Part shown: piece by piece, positions 9,534 to 17,221 of the stretch | How positions within the stretch are numbered: the stretch's first letter is position 1 | Layout of the letters: each line of letters begins with the position of its first letter | DNA from: an uncultured Bacilli bacterium | GTDB lineage: Bacteria > Bacillota_I > Bacilli_A > RF39 > UBA660 | Direction: 5' to 3' | Assembly (NCBI GenBank): GCA_910584165.1 | Contig: CAJTZU010000002.1 | Span: forward strand, 141,811-205,810 | Length of the DNA stretch: 64,000 nt | Notes under the pieces: model-generated | Database searches by the model: none | The model's input: only the letters and a program-made list of their open reading frames with translations | What the model was told of the DNA's origin: nothing | Position numbers and translations under genes: made by a program

Positions 9534-10043
9534 ATGGATAATAGAAGTAAAAAATTTGTTTTTATACCTTTTTGCCTAATGGCTCAAGCGTATCAAGCCC
9601 AAGGAATTGTAAAATATGAATGGAAATCTTCCATTAAACCATTTATGCAATTGTTACTTGATTATGATATTAATATTATTCAAATGCCATGTGCAGAAAG
9701 TAGTTTTAATCATTCCTTGATAAGAGAACCAAAAGGACTTAGTAAATATAATACAAAAGAATTTAATAATCATTGCGAATTATTAGCAGATAGCGTATCT
9801 AAAGAAGTCATACAATTAGTAGAAAGTGGCTATCAAGTATTAGCAATTTTAGGAATAGAACAATCACCGTCTTGTTGTGTAAATTATATTTATACCAATA
9901 AAGGGACAGAAAATAGAAAAGGTTTGTATATGGAGAAATTGTGTGATAAAATAAAATACTTAGAAATCCCCATAATAGGAATTAATCGTAAATATATTCA
10001 AAAGTCATTAAAAGAATTAGAAAATATTTTAAAGCATCAATAG
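9534..10043 (+). CDS. Hypothetical Cys-containing protein (possibly DUF523-like)
   Basis: 169 aa with Cys pairs (FCLMAQ, MPCAES, SPSCC). Only a weak resemblance to the DUF523/YbbK layout. Confidence 0.5.
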   Translation: MDNRSKKFVFIPFCLMAQAYQAQGIVKYEWKSSIKPFMQLLLDYDINIIQMPCAESSFNHSLIREPKGLSKYNTKEFNNHCELLADSVSKEVIQLVESGYQVLAILGIEQSPSCCVNYIYTNKGTENRKGLYMEKLCDKIKYLEIPIIGINRKYIQKSLKELENILKHQ

Positions 10044-10107
10044 ATACTCTACAAAATGTAGAGGAATTAGAAATATTCCTTATGGTATACTTTAGTTGGT
10101 GATAAAA

Positions 10108-10854
10108 ATGAGTATTGGAAAAAGAATTTCTTGTATGAGAAAAAAGAAGAACTTAACACAATCTGCTTTAGCGCATAGATTATATGTAACAGATAAAACA
10201 ATATCTAGTTGGGAGTCTGATAGAACAGAACCTAGTTTAGATATTTTAATGAATTTAAGTGAAATATTAGACTGCTCTGTTTCTTATTTAATGTATGGGG
10301 ATATAGAAAAACTAGATATTGAAACAGAGGTAAAAATCAAATTGACGGAGCAGGAATTTAAACACTTAGATTTTTTACTAAAAAGAGAAGCAGAATATTT
10401 AAAAGAAATTCATCATGTAGATACTTACTATTCTCCGAAACATGAATCTTTTTTAAATCAGGATAAAATTGTAGATTGGTTACGTATTGGCGAGCGAGGT
10501 AGTAAGAAAATATTAAATTATAAACATTGGTATGATGTACATTGTGATGAATATGAAGTTGAAATTAATGATTCTATTAATTTAGATAAAATATTTCATG
10601 CTTTACAATTAGAAAAAGTAGCGATAGTAGATAAAGTAAGGAAAACATATTTTTATCAAAATAAATATGAATTCGCATTAGACAAAGTAAAAGATTTAGG
10701 ATATTTTGTAGAAATTGAAATAAAAAATTATCAATCTTCTGTTATGGAAGAATATGATGCTTTATTAAAAGTAGCCAAATCATTTGAATTAAATTTAGAT
10801 CATATAGATAAAAAAGGTTATCCTTACGATTTAATAGAGCAGAAAGCTTCTTAG
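10108..10854 (+). CDS. XRE-family HTH fused to a CYTH (class IV adenylyl cyclase / triphosphate tunnel) domain
   Basis: The N-terminus (RISCMRKKKNLTQSALAHRLYVTDKTISSWE) is an XRE-type HTH. The C-terminus has an ExExK motif (DIETEVKIKL) and CYTH-like strands. The ORF track starts at TTG 10096; ATG 10108 is more likely. Confidence 0.65.
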   Translation: MSIGKRISCMRKKKNLTQSALAHRLYVTDKTISSWESDRTEPSLDILMNLSEILDCSVSYLMYGDIEKLDIETEVKIKLTEQEFKHLDFLLKREAEYLKEIHHVDTYYSPKHESFLNQDKIVDWLRIGERGSKKILNYKHWYDVHCDEYEVEINDSINLDKIFHALQLEKVAIVDKVRKTYFYQNKYEFALDKVKDLGYFVEIEIKNYQSSVMEEYDALLKVAKSFELNLDHIDKKGYPYDLIEQKAS

Positions 10855-10870
10855 AGGCTTTTTTCTTTTT
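10843..10870 (+). terminator. Rho-independent terminator
   Basis: AAAGCTTC-TTAG-AGGCTTT hairpin followed by TTTTCTTTTT. Confidence 0.55.
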
Positions 10871-10908
10871 GTATTTTGTGCTATTATGAAGTTGTTAGAA
10901 GAGGTATT

Positions 10909-11439
10909 ATGGAAAATTCTAAAGAACAATTAAGAGAGATTTATAAAATAAAGAGAAGAAATATTGAGAATAAAAAGGAAAAAGATAAGGCTATATTTTC
11001 AAAAGTAATTCGTCATTCTAAAGTGATAAAAGCGGATACCATATTACTTTATTATGCGAAAGAAGAGGAGGTAGAAACACTTCCTTTCATTGATTATTTC
11101 CTATCTATTGGGAAAGTAGTTGGTCTTCCAAAAACGCAAGAGCAAAAGATTACTTTTTATTTATTAAAAAATAAGGAAGATGTAAAGTTGGGGAAATATA
11201 ATATTTTTGAACCGATAAGCAATCAGGAAATAACAGACTATTCTAATAGCATTTGTATTGTACCTGGTATTTGTTTTGATAAAAACAATTTTAGAATAGG
11301 GTATGGCGGAGGATACTACGATAAATTTCTTAGTACTTATGATGGGTATAAAATAGGGATTATTTATCAAGAGTGTATAGTAGATAATATAAAAATAGAT
11401 AAATATGATAAACAAGTTGATATTGTAATAACGGATTAG
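10909..11439 (+). CDS. 5-formyltetrahydrofolate cyclo-ligase
   Basis: Family signature IVPGICFDKNNFRIGYGGGYYDKFL. ATG 10909 follows AGAAGAGG; the track ORF starts at 10876. Confidence 0.8.
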   Translation: MENSKEQLREIYKIKRRNIENKKEKDKAIFSKVIRHSKVIKADTILLYYAKEEEVETLPFIDYFLSIGKVVGLPKTQEQKITFYLLKNKEDVKLGKYNIFEPISNQEITDYSNSICIVPGICFDKNNFRIGYGGGYYDKFLSTYDGYKIGIIYQECIVDNIKIDKYDKQVDIVITD

Positions 11440-11449
11440 GAGAAGATTT

Positions 11450-12085
11450 ATGAAATTAATTTCTATGAAAGAGTTAGATGATAGAATATTAGAAGAAGTA
11501 GCTTTAGCGGTCCAACAAGGAAAGGTAGTAATTTTTCCAACAGAGACTATCTATGGAATAGGTACTAATGCTTTTGATGAGAGTGCTGTAGAAAGAATTT
11601 ATAAGATAAAAGGAAGACCAGAACAAAAAGCTTTGATTGTATTAATTAATGACTATCAAATGTTAGAGCTTATTGCTTCTATTACTACAGATATAGAAAG
11701 AAATTTGATGAAGAAATTTTGGCCTGGCCCATTAACAATTATTTTTCAAAAAAAGAATATTAGTTGCCTTCCTGAAAATGTTACAGCAAGAAAAGATACA
11801 ATAGCAGTTCGGATGAGTGATAATGAAATTATAAAAAAGTTAATAGCGAAAAGTGGTGTTCCTATTGTTGCACCAAGCGCCAACCTGTCTGGTTCTTCTA
11901 GTGCTACTAAAATAAAAGAAATTATTTCTGATTTGGGGGAGCAAGTAGACTATATTTTAGATAATGGTGATATTAAGGATGAAACCCCCTCTACTATTGT
12001 AAAGGTAGAAAATGGAGAAATAAAAATCTTGCGAGAGGGGAAAATAAAAAAAGAACAACTATTTAATATGGAATCTATTAAATAG
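11450..12085 (+). CDS. tsaC: L-threonylcarbamoyladenylate synthase (TsaC/YrdC family)
   Basis: YrdC fold motifs VVIFPTETIYGIGTNAF and KIKGRP. 211 aa, the short TsaC type. Confidence 0.8.
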   Translation: MKLISMKELDDRILEEVALAVQQGKVVIFPTETIYGIGTNAFDESAVERIYKIKGRPEQKALIVLINDYQMLELIASITTDIERNLMKKFWPGPLTIIFQKKNISCLPENVTARKDTIAVRMSDNEIIKKLIAKSGVPIVAPSANLSGSSSATKIKEIISDLGEQVDYILDNGDIKDETPSTIVKVENGEIKILREGKIKKEQLFNMESIK

Positions 12086-12129
12086 AGGGATATTGTGGTA
12101 TAATATAAAAAATAATAGGAGGAGTTATA

Positions 12130-12284
12130 TGAATAGCAATAAAGGTAAATTTATCGCAATAGGATTGGTAGTACTTATTATTACTATTATCGTATTTTTA
12201 TTTCTTTTATTTTCTCATAAAGAAAATAAAAAAACTTTTGGATGGGCAAGTGTTAGTAATAAATTTGTTAATTTAAATAATTAA
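12130..12284 (+). CDS. Small membrane protein
   Basis: AGGAGG RBS before ATG 12130. One TM helix (FIAIGLVVLIITIIVFLFLLF). Confidence 0.45.
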
Positions 12285-12383
12285 GATAAGGTTATCTAGT
12301 GGTGAAGAGACAATTATATATGTAACACATAATTTAAGAAAAAAATAAAGAAGTTTATTTTTGCTGTTGTATTAGGATTAAAA

Positions 12384-12416
12384 AAGAAAGAAAAGGATGA
12401 ATTCTTTCTTTTTTTG
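12384..12416 (+). terminator. Rho-independent terminator
   Basis: AAGAAAGAA-...-TTCTTTCTT hairpin followed by TTTTTT. Confidence 0.6.
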
Positions 12417-12470
12417 TGAAAAAACATAGAAAAAAGGTAAAAAACTGTTATTTTATTGGCTAAAATCTAT

Positions 12471-12487
12471 TTGAACTATGCTATAAT
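12471..12487 (+). promoter_or_regulatory. Candidate extended -10 promoter (TGcTATAAT)
   Basis: TGCTATAAT at 12479-12487, with TTGAAC immediately upstream. Confidence 0.35.
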
Positions 12488-12504
12488 GAGGTTAGGTGAT
12501 AGTA

Positions 12505-12960
12505 ATGTTGTACGTAAAATACAAAGAGTTAACAAAGACATTTAATTTTTCAAATGCATTAAATAGGGAGGATCTTCCAGGTTATATTAAACATTATATT
12601 TTAGATGATGAGCAGGTATTAGTAGTATATAAAACGGAAAGAGACCATGGTGTTTTTACGGATAAAAAAATAGTATTATTTGATAGTTTTAGAAAATATG
12701 GTGGTCAAAAGCAAATTAATACAATTCCTTATAGTGCGATAGAAACACTTTCGGTGACTTTTAGTCAAGATAGTGCGGATTTAAATATGGTATTGCATTG
12801 TGGTGTTCCAGTTCATTTTCACTTTTTAGCTACACAAGCAGAGGATAAAGTTAGGCTTCGTTTACTTTATACATGTATTAACCGAATTATTGATGACCAA
12901 GTGCCATCAAAAAGAGATATAAAAAGATTAATGAAAGACGATGTATCTTTTGAAAGATAA
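12505..12960 (+). CDS. Bacterial PH-like domain protein (hypothetical)
   Basis: AGGTGA RBS before ATG 12505. ~150 aa with a beta-rich YokE/bPH-like pattern; weak. Confidence 0.5.
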   Translation: MLYVKYKELTKTFNFSNALNREDLPGYIKHYILDDEQVLVVYKTERDHGVFTDKKIVLFDSFRKYGGQKQINTIPYSAIETLSVTFSQDSADLNMVLHCGVPVHFHFLATQAEDKVRLRLLYTCINRIIDDQVPSKRDIKRLMKDDVSFER

Positions 12961-12986
12961 GAATAATAAGTTCTTATCTTTTATTT
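12954..12986 (+). terminator. Rho-independent terminator
   Basis: AAGATAAGAA-...-TTCTTATCTT hairpin followed by TTTATTT. Confidence 0.65.
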
Positions 12987-13032
12987 ACTTCTAAAAGTTG
13001 GGGTGTTATAATAAATTTGTTTAGGAGGTTTT

Positions 13033-14232
13033 ATGATTAAACATCAACTTTTGTTAAAATATAAAGATAAATACATATGCGCAAAAGATGAAAATGAGTA
13101 CGATTTTATACAAGTACCAAATTATTCTTATGCAGTGGATGCAGCTAGTGAATGGTCAAATATTAGCATTTTTGTTTCTTTACTATTAAGTGGAAATATT
13201 ACTAATAATTATGAATCTATGGTTCCCCACCTGCATTTTGATTGGGAAGATTCGTTTATCTTTTGTGATTTTGATTGTTTGCACCCAATAGGTGAAAATA
13301 TATGCTTATATGATATTGATGAGTTTTTAAAGATAGATACTCTACCATTAGAAGTTTTTGAAGATACTTTAGAAAGATTATCTAATCGATTAGCTTTAGT
13401 ATCTTTTGAGGAGATAGAAAAAATTGAAACAGGATGGATAAAATATAATCAGGAGTTGGATAATATGGATATTCCAGAGAATCCCTATGGTTTTGGTTAT
13501 GTACCAAGAGTTTCCCCTGATTTATTAGCATCTATTCGAGAAAGACATAATACGGTGACTGACCATACAGCATTACTTTTATATTCTGGTGGGAAGGATA
13601 GTACTTTATCGGCATTACGCCTTAGAAAGATGGGATACTATGTAGATTTTCTTCATTTTAATAATGGTTATATGAGAGATACAGATAAACCTTATTTAAC
13701 ATTTGATAGAACTTTTCGAAAACTTGACGGATATCATTTTCCTTACGAATTTAGTGATGTTTCTGTTAAAGACTATTTTGGGGATTATTTTAGTACATGG
13801 AAAAAACAATATGGAGATATTTTAGAAGGAGGCACTATTCATTCTGAAATTAGGTGTCTATCTTGTCGTATGGCTATGTATACGAAAGCTTTTGAAATTG
13901 TTAAAAAGGGAAATTATAAGATATTAGCAGAAGGCGCCAGAATTAGTCAAAAGTTTATGTTAGAGCAGGTACCTATGATAGAGAGATTAAAAGAAATGGG
14001 CAGTGAACTTGGCTTCCAAATGCTATTTCCAGTACTAGATTTAGAAGATGATGAGAAAGAAAAACAAGAATTAATTAAAGCTGGATTTTCTTCTAAAAGT
14101 TGGGAGTCAAAATGTTTACTTGGAAGAGCAGCAATGGATAAAAGCCCAGAAGATGAAGAAAGAATTTTAGAATATTATGATAATGTTTTAAAACCAAAGG
14201 TATTGCAAAATGTTAGAAGAAGTTTGAAATAA
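13033..14232 (+). CDS. PP-loop superfamily ATP pyrophosphatase with an N-terminal domain of unknown function
   Basis: Has the PP-loop motif (the SGGKDS motif in LLLYSGGKDSTLSAL), of TtcA/DUF71/QueC type. The preceding ~170 aa have no recognisable motif. Confidence 0.7.
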   Translation: MIKHQLLLKYKDKYICAKDENEYDFIQVPNYSYAVDAASEWSNISIFVSLLLSGNITNNYESMVPHLHFDWEDSFIFCDFDCLHPIGENICLYDIDEFLKIDTLPLEVFEDTLERLSNRLALVSFEEIEKIETGWIKYNQELDNMDIPENPYGFGYVPRVSPDLLASIRERHNTVTDHTALLLYSGGKDSTLSALRLRKMGYYVDFLHFNNGYMRDTDKPYLTFDRTFRKLDGYHFPYEFSDVSVKDYFGDYFSTWKKQYGDILEGGTIHSEIRCLSCRMAMYTKAFEIVKKGNYKILAEGARISQKFMLEQVPMIERLKEMGSELGFQMLFPVLDLEDDEKEKQELIKAGFSSKSWESKCLLGRAAMDKSPEDEERILEYYDNVLKPKVLQNVRRSLK

Positions 14233-14263
14233 TGCACAACTATGTGCATAAAAGGGGAATAAA

Positions 14264-14926
14264 GTGAAAGAATTAGAATTAGCGAAGATTTTATGGAATT
14301 ATTTATATTTAGGTGAAGAAATAAGAAAGTGTGATTGTATTTTAGGGCTTGGATGTTATGATTTGCACATTCCAGAAAAATGTGCACAACTTTATCATGA
14401 TGGTTATGGAAGCTTCATTATTTTTACAGGTGGGCTAGGAAAGTGTACAAATGGTGTTTTTAAAAAATCAGAAGCGGAAGTTTTTAGAGATATTGCTATT
14501 AATTTAGGTGTGCCAAAAGATAAAATTTTAATTGAAAATAAGTCGACAAATACAGGCGATAATTTTCGTTTTACAAAAGCATTAATAGAAGAAAAGAGAC
14601 TTAATGTCCATTCTTATTTGATTGTTCAAAAACCTTATATGGAAAGAAGAGCTTATGCTGCTTTTAAAGCAATTTTACCAACTGAAGAATGTAGTGTTAC
14701 TTCCCCAGATATTTCTTTTGAATCTTATTTTAAAGAATATGAAGACAGTAATGGCAGTATTAAAGAATTACTATGTGTGATGGTAGGAGATTTACAAAGA
14801 ATGAAAGTATATCCTTCTAAAGGATGGCAAATTGAACAAGATATTCCAATTACTGTATGGAGTGCCTATGAAGAATTAGTATCTATGGGATACGATAAAT
14901 ATGTGATTAAAGAAGAGTTGCAATAA
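14264..14926 (+). CDS. YdcF/DUF218 (SanA/ElyC-like) family protein
   Basis: GTG start after AAAGGGGA. DUF218 pattern CDCILGLGC...IIFTGGLG. Confidence 0.7.
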   Translation: MKELELAKILWNYLYLGEEIRKCDCILGLGCYDLHIPEKCAQLYHDGYGSFIIFTGGLGKCTNGVFKKSEAEVFRDIAINLGVPKDKILIENKSTNTGDNFRFTKALIEEKRLNVHSYLIVQKPYMERRAYAAFKAILPTEECSVTSPDISFESYFKEYEDSNGSIKELLCVMVGDLQRMKVYPSKGWQIEQDIPITVWSAYEELVSMGYDKYVIKEELQ

Positions 14927-14946
14927 ATAAAAAACTATGTTAGAAT
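14918..14946 (+). promoter_or_regulatory. Sigma-A-type promoter (TTGCAA-17-TAGAAT)
   Basis: -35 TTGCAA at 14918-14923, a 17-nt spacer, and -10 TAGAAT at 14941-14946. Sits just upstream of the leader-peptide RBS. Confidence 0.55.
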
Positions 14947-14976
14947 ACATTTACATTTAAACGAAGGAGGAATATT

Positions 14977-15021
14977 ATGAACCTAGTAATATGTGCTAAT
15001 AACCGTAGACGTAGCATCTAG
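14977..15021 (+). CDS. Leader peptide 1, MNLVICANNRRRSI (14 aa), with three consecutive Arg codons
   Basis: GAAGGAGG lies 6 nt upstream of the ATG. The stop TAG lies inside the left arm of a 10-bp stem. Confidence 0.55.
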   Translation: MNLVICANNRRRSI

Positions 15022-15063
15022 TACTTGTTTAAGCGAAAAGTGATTTCGTGGATACAAGTACTA
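15018..15063 (+). promoter_or_regulatory. Perfect 10-bp stem (CTAGTACTTGT / ACAAGTACTA) with a 25-nt loop that contains a nested CGAAA/TTTCG hairpin
   Basis: Direct inspection. Repeated at 15192-15237. Confidence 0.55.
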
Positions 15064-15100
15064 TTCGTCGTGCTTGTATCTAAGGTTTGTAATATGAAAA

Positions 15101-15132
15101 GACCTATGTGTACAAGCATGGGTCTTATTTTT
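15101..15132 (+). terminator. Attenuator terminator 1
   Basis: GACCTATG-TGTACAAG-CATGGGTC hairpin followed by TTATTTTT. The upstream segment GTGCTTGTA (15070-15078) is complementary to TACAAGCAT within this hairpin, giving an alternative anti-terminator pairing. Confidence 0.6.
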
Positions 15133-15150
15133 ATGGAAAGGAAGAATTGT

Positions 15151-15195
15151 ATGAAAAAACTAGTATATATAAATAACCGTAGACGCATCATCTAG
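15151..15195 (+). CDS. Leader peptide 2, MKKLVYINNRRRII (14 aa)
   Basis: Uses the duplicated RBS GGAAAGGAAG. Conserved core NNRRR(S/I)I. Stops at the equivalent TAG inside the second stem. Confidence 0.5.
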   Translation: MKKLVYINNRRRII

Positions 15196-15274
15196 TACTT
15201 GTTTAAGCGAAAAGTGATTTCGTGGATACAAGTACTATTCGTCGTGCTTGTATCTAAGGTTTAGAATATGAAAA

Positions 15275-15306
15275 GACCTATGTTACAAGCATAGGTCTTA
15301 TTTTTA
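15275..15306 (+). terminator. Attenuator terminator 2
   Basis: GACCTATG-TTACAAG-CATAGGTC perfect hairpin followed by TTATTTTT. Confidence 0.6.
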
Positions 15307-15323
15307 TAGAAAGGAAAAAAGAT

Positions 15324-16385
15324 ATGAAAAAAATAGAAAAAGAAATATTTTCTGTATTAAAAAAGTTTGTTTCATTTCCAACAATAGATGGAAATGAAGA
15401 AGAAATGAAGAAATTGTTAGAGTATGTAAAAACATTAGTACCTACAAATTTTATAGTGAAGGAATATTTATTTCAGACTAAACCAGTATTAGTAATCTCT
15501 AATACAGATTCTAAAGAGTTAGATATTGTTTTTTGTACTCATATTGATGTAGTACCCCATGAAAAGTATGAATTAGTTGAAAAAGATAATTTACTTTATG
15601 GGAGAGGCACTTTTGATATGAAGGGAGGGACAGTAGTTTCCTTACTCGCTTTATTAAATCAAGAGACTACTAAAAAGATAGGGATATTTTTAACGAGTGA
15701 TGAAGAAGTAGGTGGAAACTGCGTTAAAGAACTATTAAACATTTATCATCCTAAGTTTGGAATTATTCCAGATGGAGGTAATGATTTTCAATTAGTTAAG
15801 GAAGAAAAAGGAAGACTTTTATTGCAAGTTTCTATTTCCACAACTTCTTCTCATGCAGCAGAATTATATAAGGGTGAGAATGCTATTGCAACACTTTTCT
15901 CTGTTTATCAGAAATTATTAGAAAAATATCCAAATCCTACTTCTGATAAGGAATGGAAATCATCTATTTGCCTTACTCGTTTAGAAGGAGGAAAAGCTTT
16001 TAATCAAGTTCCTGATTATGCAGAAATGATTTTAGATATTAGAAGGATAGCAAGTGATTTTAAAATAGAATTTATAAATGCATTAAAGAAGATAGACTCT
16101 AGATTGAAAATAAAAGTATTAGCAAGTGAGACTCCATATTTAACAAATATAGAAAATGAAATGGTAAAAAAATTTTTACAATCTGTAAAAACCGTATTAA
16201 AAAAAGAAACTGTTATAACGCATTCTAATAGTACTTGTGATGGAATTTATTTTACTGAAAATGGAATTCCAACAGTATTGATGAATCCAACAGGAGGTTT
16301 TGCTCATTCTCCAAATGAGTATGTAGAAAAAGAGTCACTTCTTAAGCTTTATGAAATTTATATCAACTTTTTAAAAAATATGTAG
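15324..16385 (+). CDS. M20 family metallopeptidase / deacylase (ArgE/DapE-like)
   Basis: Motifs CTHIDVVP, GRGTFDMKGG and SDEEVGG (metal-binding His/Asp/Glu). 353 aa. Confidence 0.75.
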   Translation: MKKIEKEIFSVLKKFVSFPTIDGNEEEMKKLLEYVKTLVPTNFIVKEYLFQTKPVLVISNTDSKELDIVFCTHIDVVPHEKYELVEKDNLLYGRGTFDMKGGTVVSLLALLNQETTKKIGIFLTSDEEVGGNCVKELLNIYHPKFGIIPDGGNDFQLVKEEKGRLLLQVSISTTSSHAAELYKGENAIATLFSVYQKLLEKYPNPTSDKEWKSSICLTRLEGGKAFNQVPDYAEMILDIRRIASDFKIEFINALKKIDSRLKIKVLASETPYLTNIENEMVKKFLQSVKTVLKKETVITHSNSTCDGIYFTENGIPTVLMNPTGGFAHSPNEYVEKESLLKLYEIYINFLKNM

Positions 16386-16455
16386 AAGTCAATACCACTT
16401 GGGGAAATAGAATATCTTTTTAGAAATAATTTACAAAATAGAAAGAAGGAATATT

Positions 16456-17151
16456 ATGAATTATTTATTATCAAATGAGAAACCACAAATATCTATAACG
16501 GCAGGAAATACCTGTTATCAAGTAAGGTGTTTAAATCAAAGTGATTATAAAGCCTTTTCTGATATTATTAAAGAAGTATTTAGCCTACCACCTTGGGATG
16601 AAAAATTAACGGATGAGGAAGTTTTAGAAGAATTTGAGCATTGCACAAAAAATGGATTTATTTTAGGAGCTTTTACTATGAGTGGAGAATTAATGGGAAT
16701 AGCAGAATTTATTCATGAGTTTTTAGAGGCACATGTTCCTTTTATACCACTTCCATCTTGCTCAACAGATTCTACCTGGTATATTCATGGTTTGGCTACT
16801 TTGCCCAAATATAGAAGTAATCATGCTAGTAGTAATCAGCTTCATGTCTGCACTAATTTGGTTTATTATGGATTAAATTTTTGCCAAGCTCTTGCGCCTA
16901 ATAATAGCGATTATTGTTATTTTAGAATATCAGAGCATGGCTCTATGTCAAAGGGATTAGGAGAAAGACAGGGTTTTGTCCTTGTTAGAAAAGAAGGACA
17001 GATATCCCAACAAATTATTGACCCCACTCTTGATGACCCGTATAGAAATTTTATGATTAAAGATTTAAGAGTTCCCATGGAGTTAGCAGATTACAGTTTT
17101 ATGTATGAGACTCCTAAAAAATATTTAAAAGAAATAGCGCCTAGAAAATAG
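16456..17151 (+). CDS. Hypothetical protein, possibly a degenerate GNAT-like acetyltransferase
   Basis: LGAFTMSGELMGIAEF ... YIHGLATLPKYRS resembles GNAT motif A; weak. Confidence 0.45.
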   Translation: MNYLLSNEKPQISITAGNTCYQVRCLNQSDYKAFSDIIKEVFSLPPWDEKLTDEEVLEEFEHCTKNGFILGAFTMSGELMGIAEFIHEFLEAHVPFIPLPSCSTDSTWYIHGLATLPKYRSNHASSNQLHVCTNLVYYGLNFCQALAPNNSDYCYFRISEHGSMSKGLGERQGFVLVRKEGQISQQIIDPTLDDPYRNFMIKDLRVPMELADYSFMYETPKKYLKEIAPRK

Positions 17152-17221
17152 TTTTCACCTAAACATTAAAATGTTATAATAAAGAAAATAGAGTATCTGT
17201 TATGAAAATGAGGTGAAGTTC

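Larger units (their letters stand above)
15001..15348 (+). repeat. Tandem duplication (2 x 174 bp, about 95% identical) of the leader peptide, hairpins, terminator, RBS and first codons
   Basis: The unit starts AACCGTAGACG at 15001 and again at 15175. It includes a copy of the downstream gene's RBS and its ATGAAAAAA start. Confidence 0.85.

Noticed and set aside
10047-10063. A hairpin after the 9534 gene as a terminator.
   Set aside because: The stem CTCTACA/GTAGAG is not followed by a T-run, so it is probably not an intrinsic terminator.
15001-15348. A T-box or other known riboswitch for the duplicated leader upstream of the M20 gene.
   Set aside because: No T-box consensus (AATTAGGGTGGTACCGCG-like), and no specifier-loop, glycine, lysine, SAM or c-di-GMP aptamer hallmarks were seen. 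The short RRR-containing ORFs with an SD explain the structure better.
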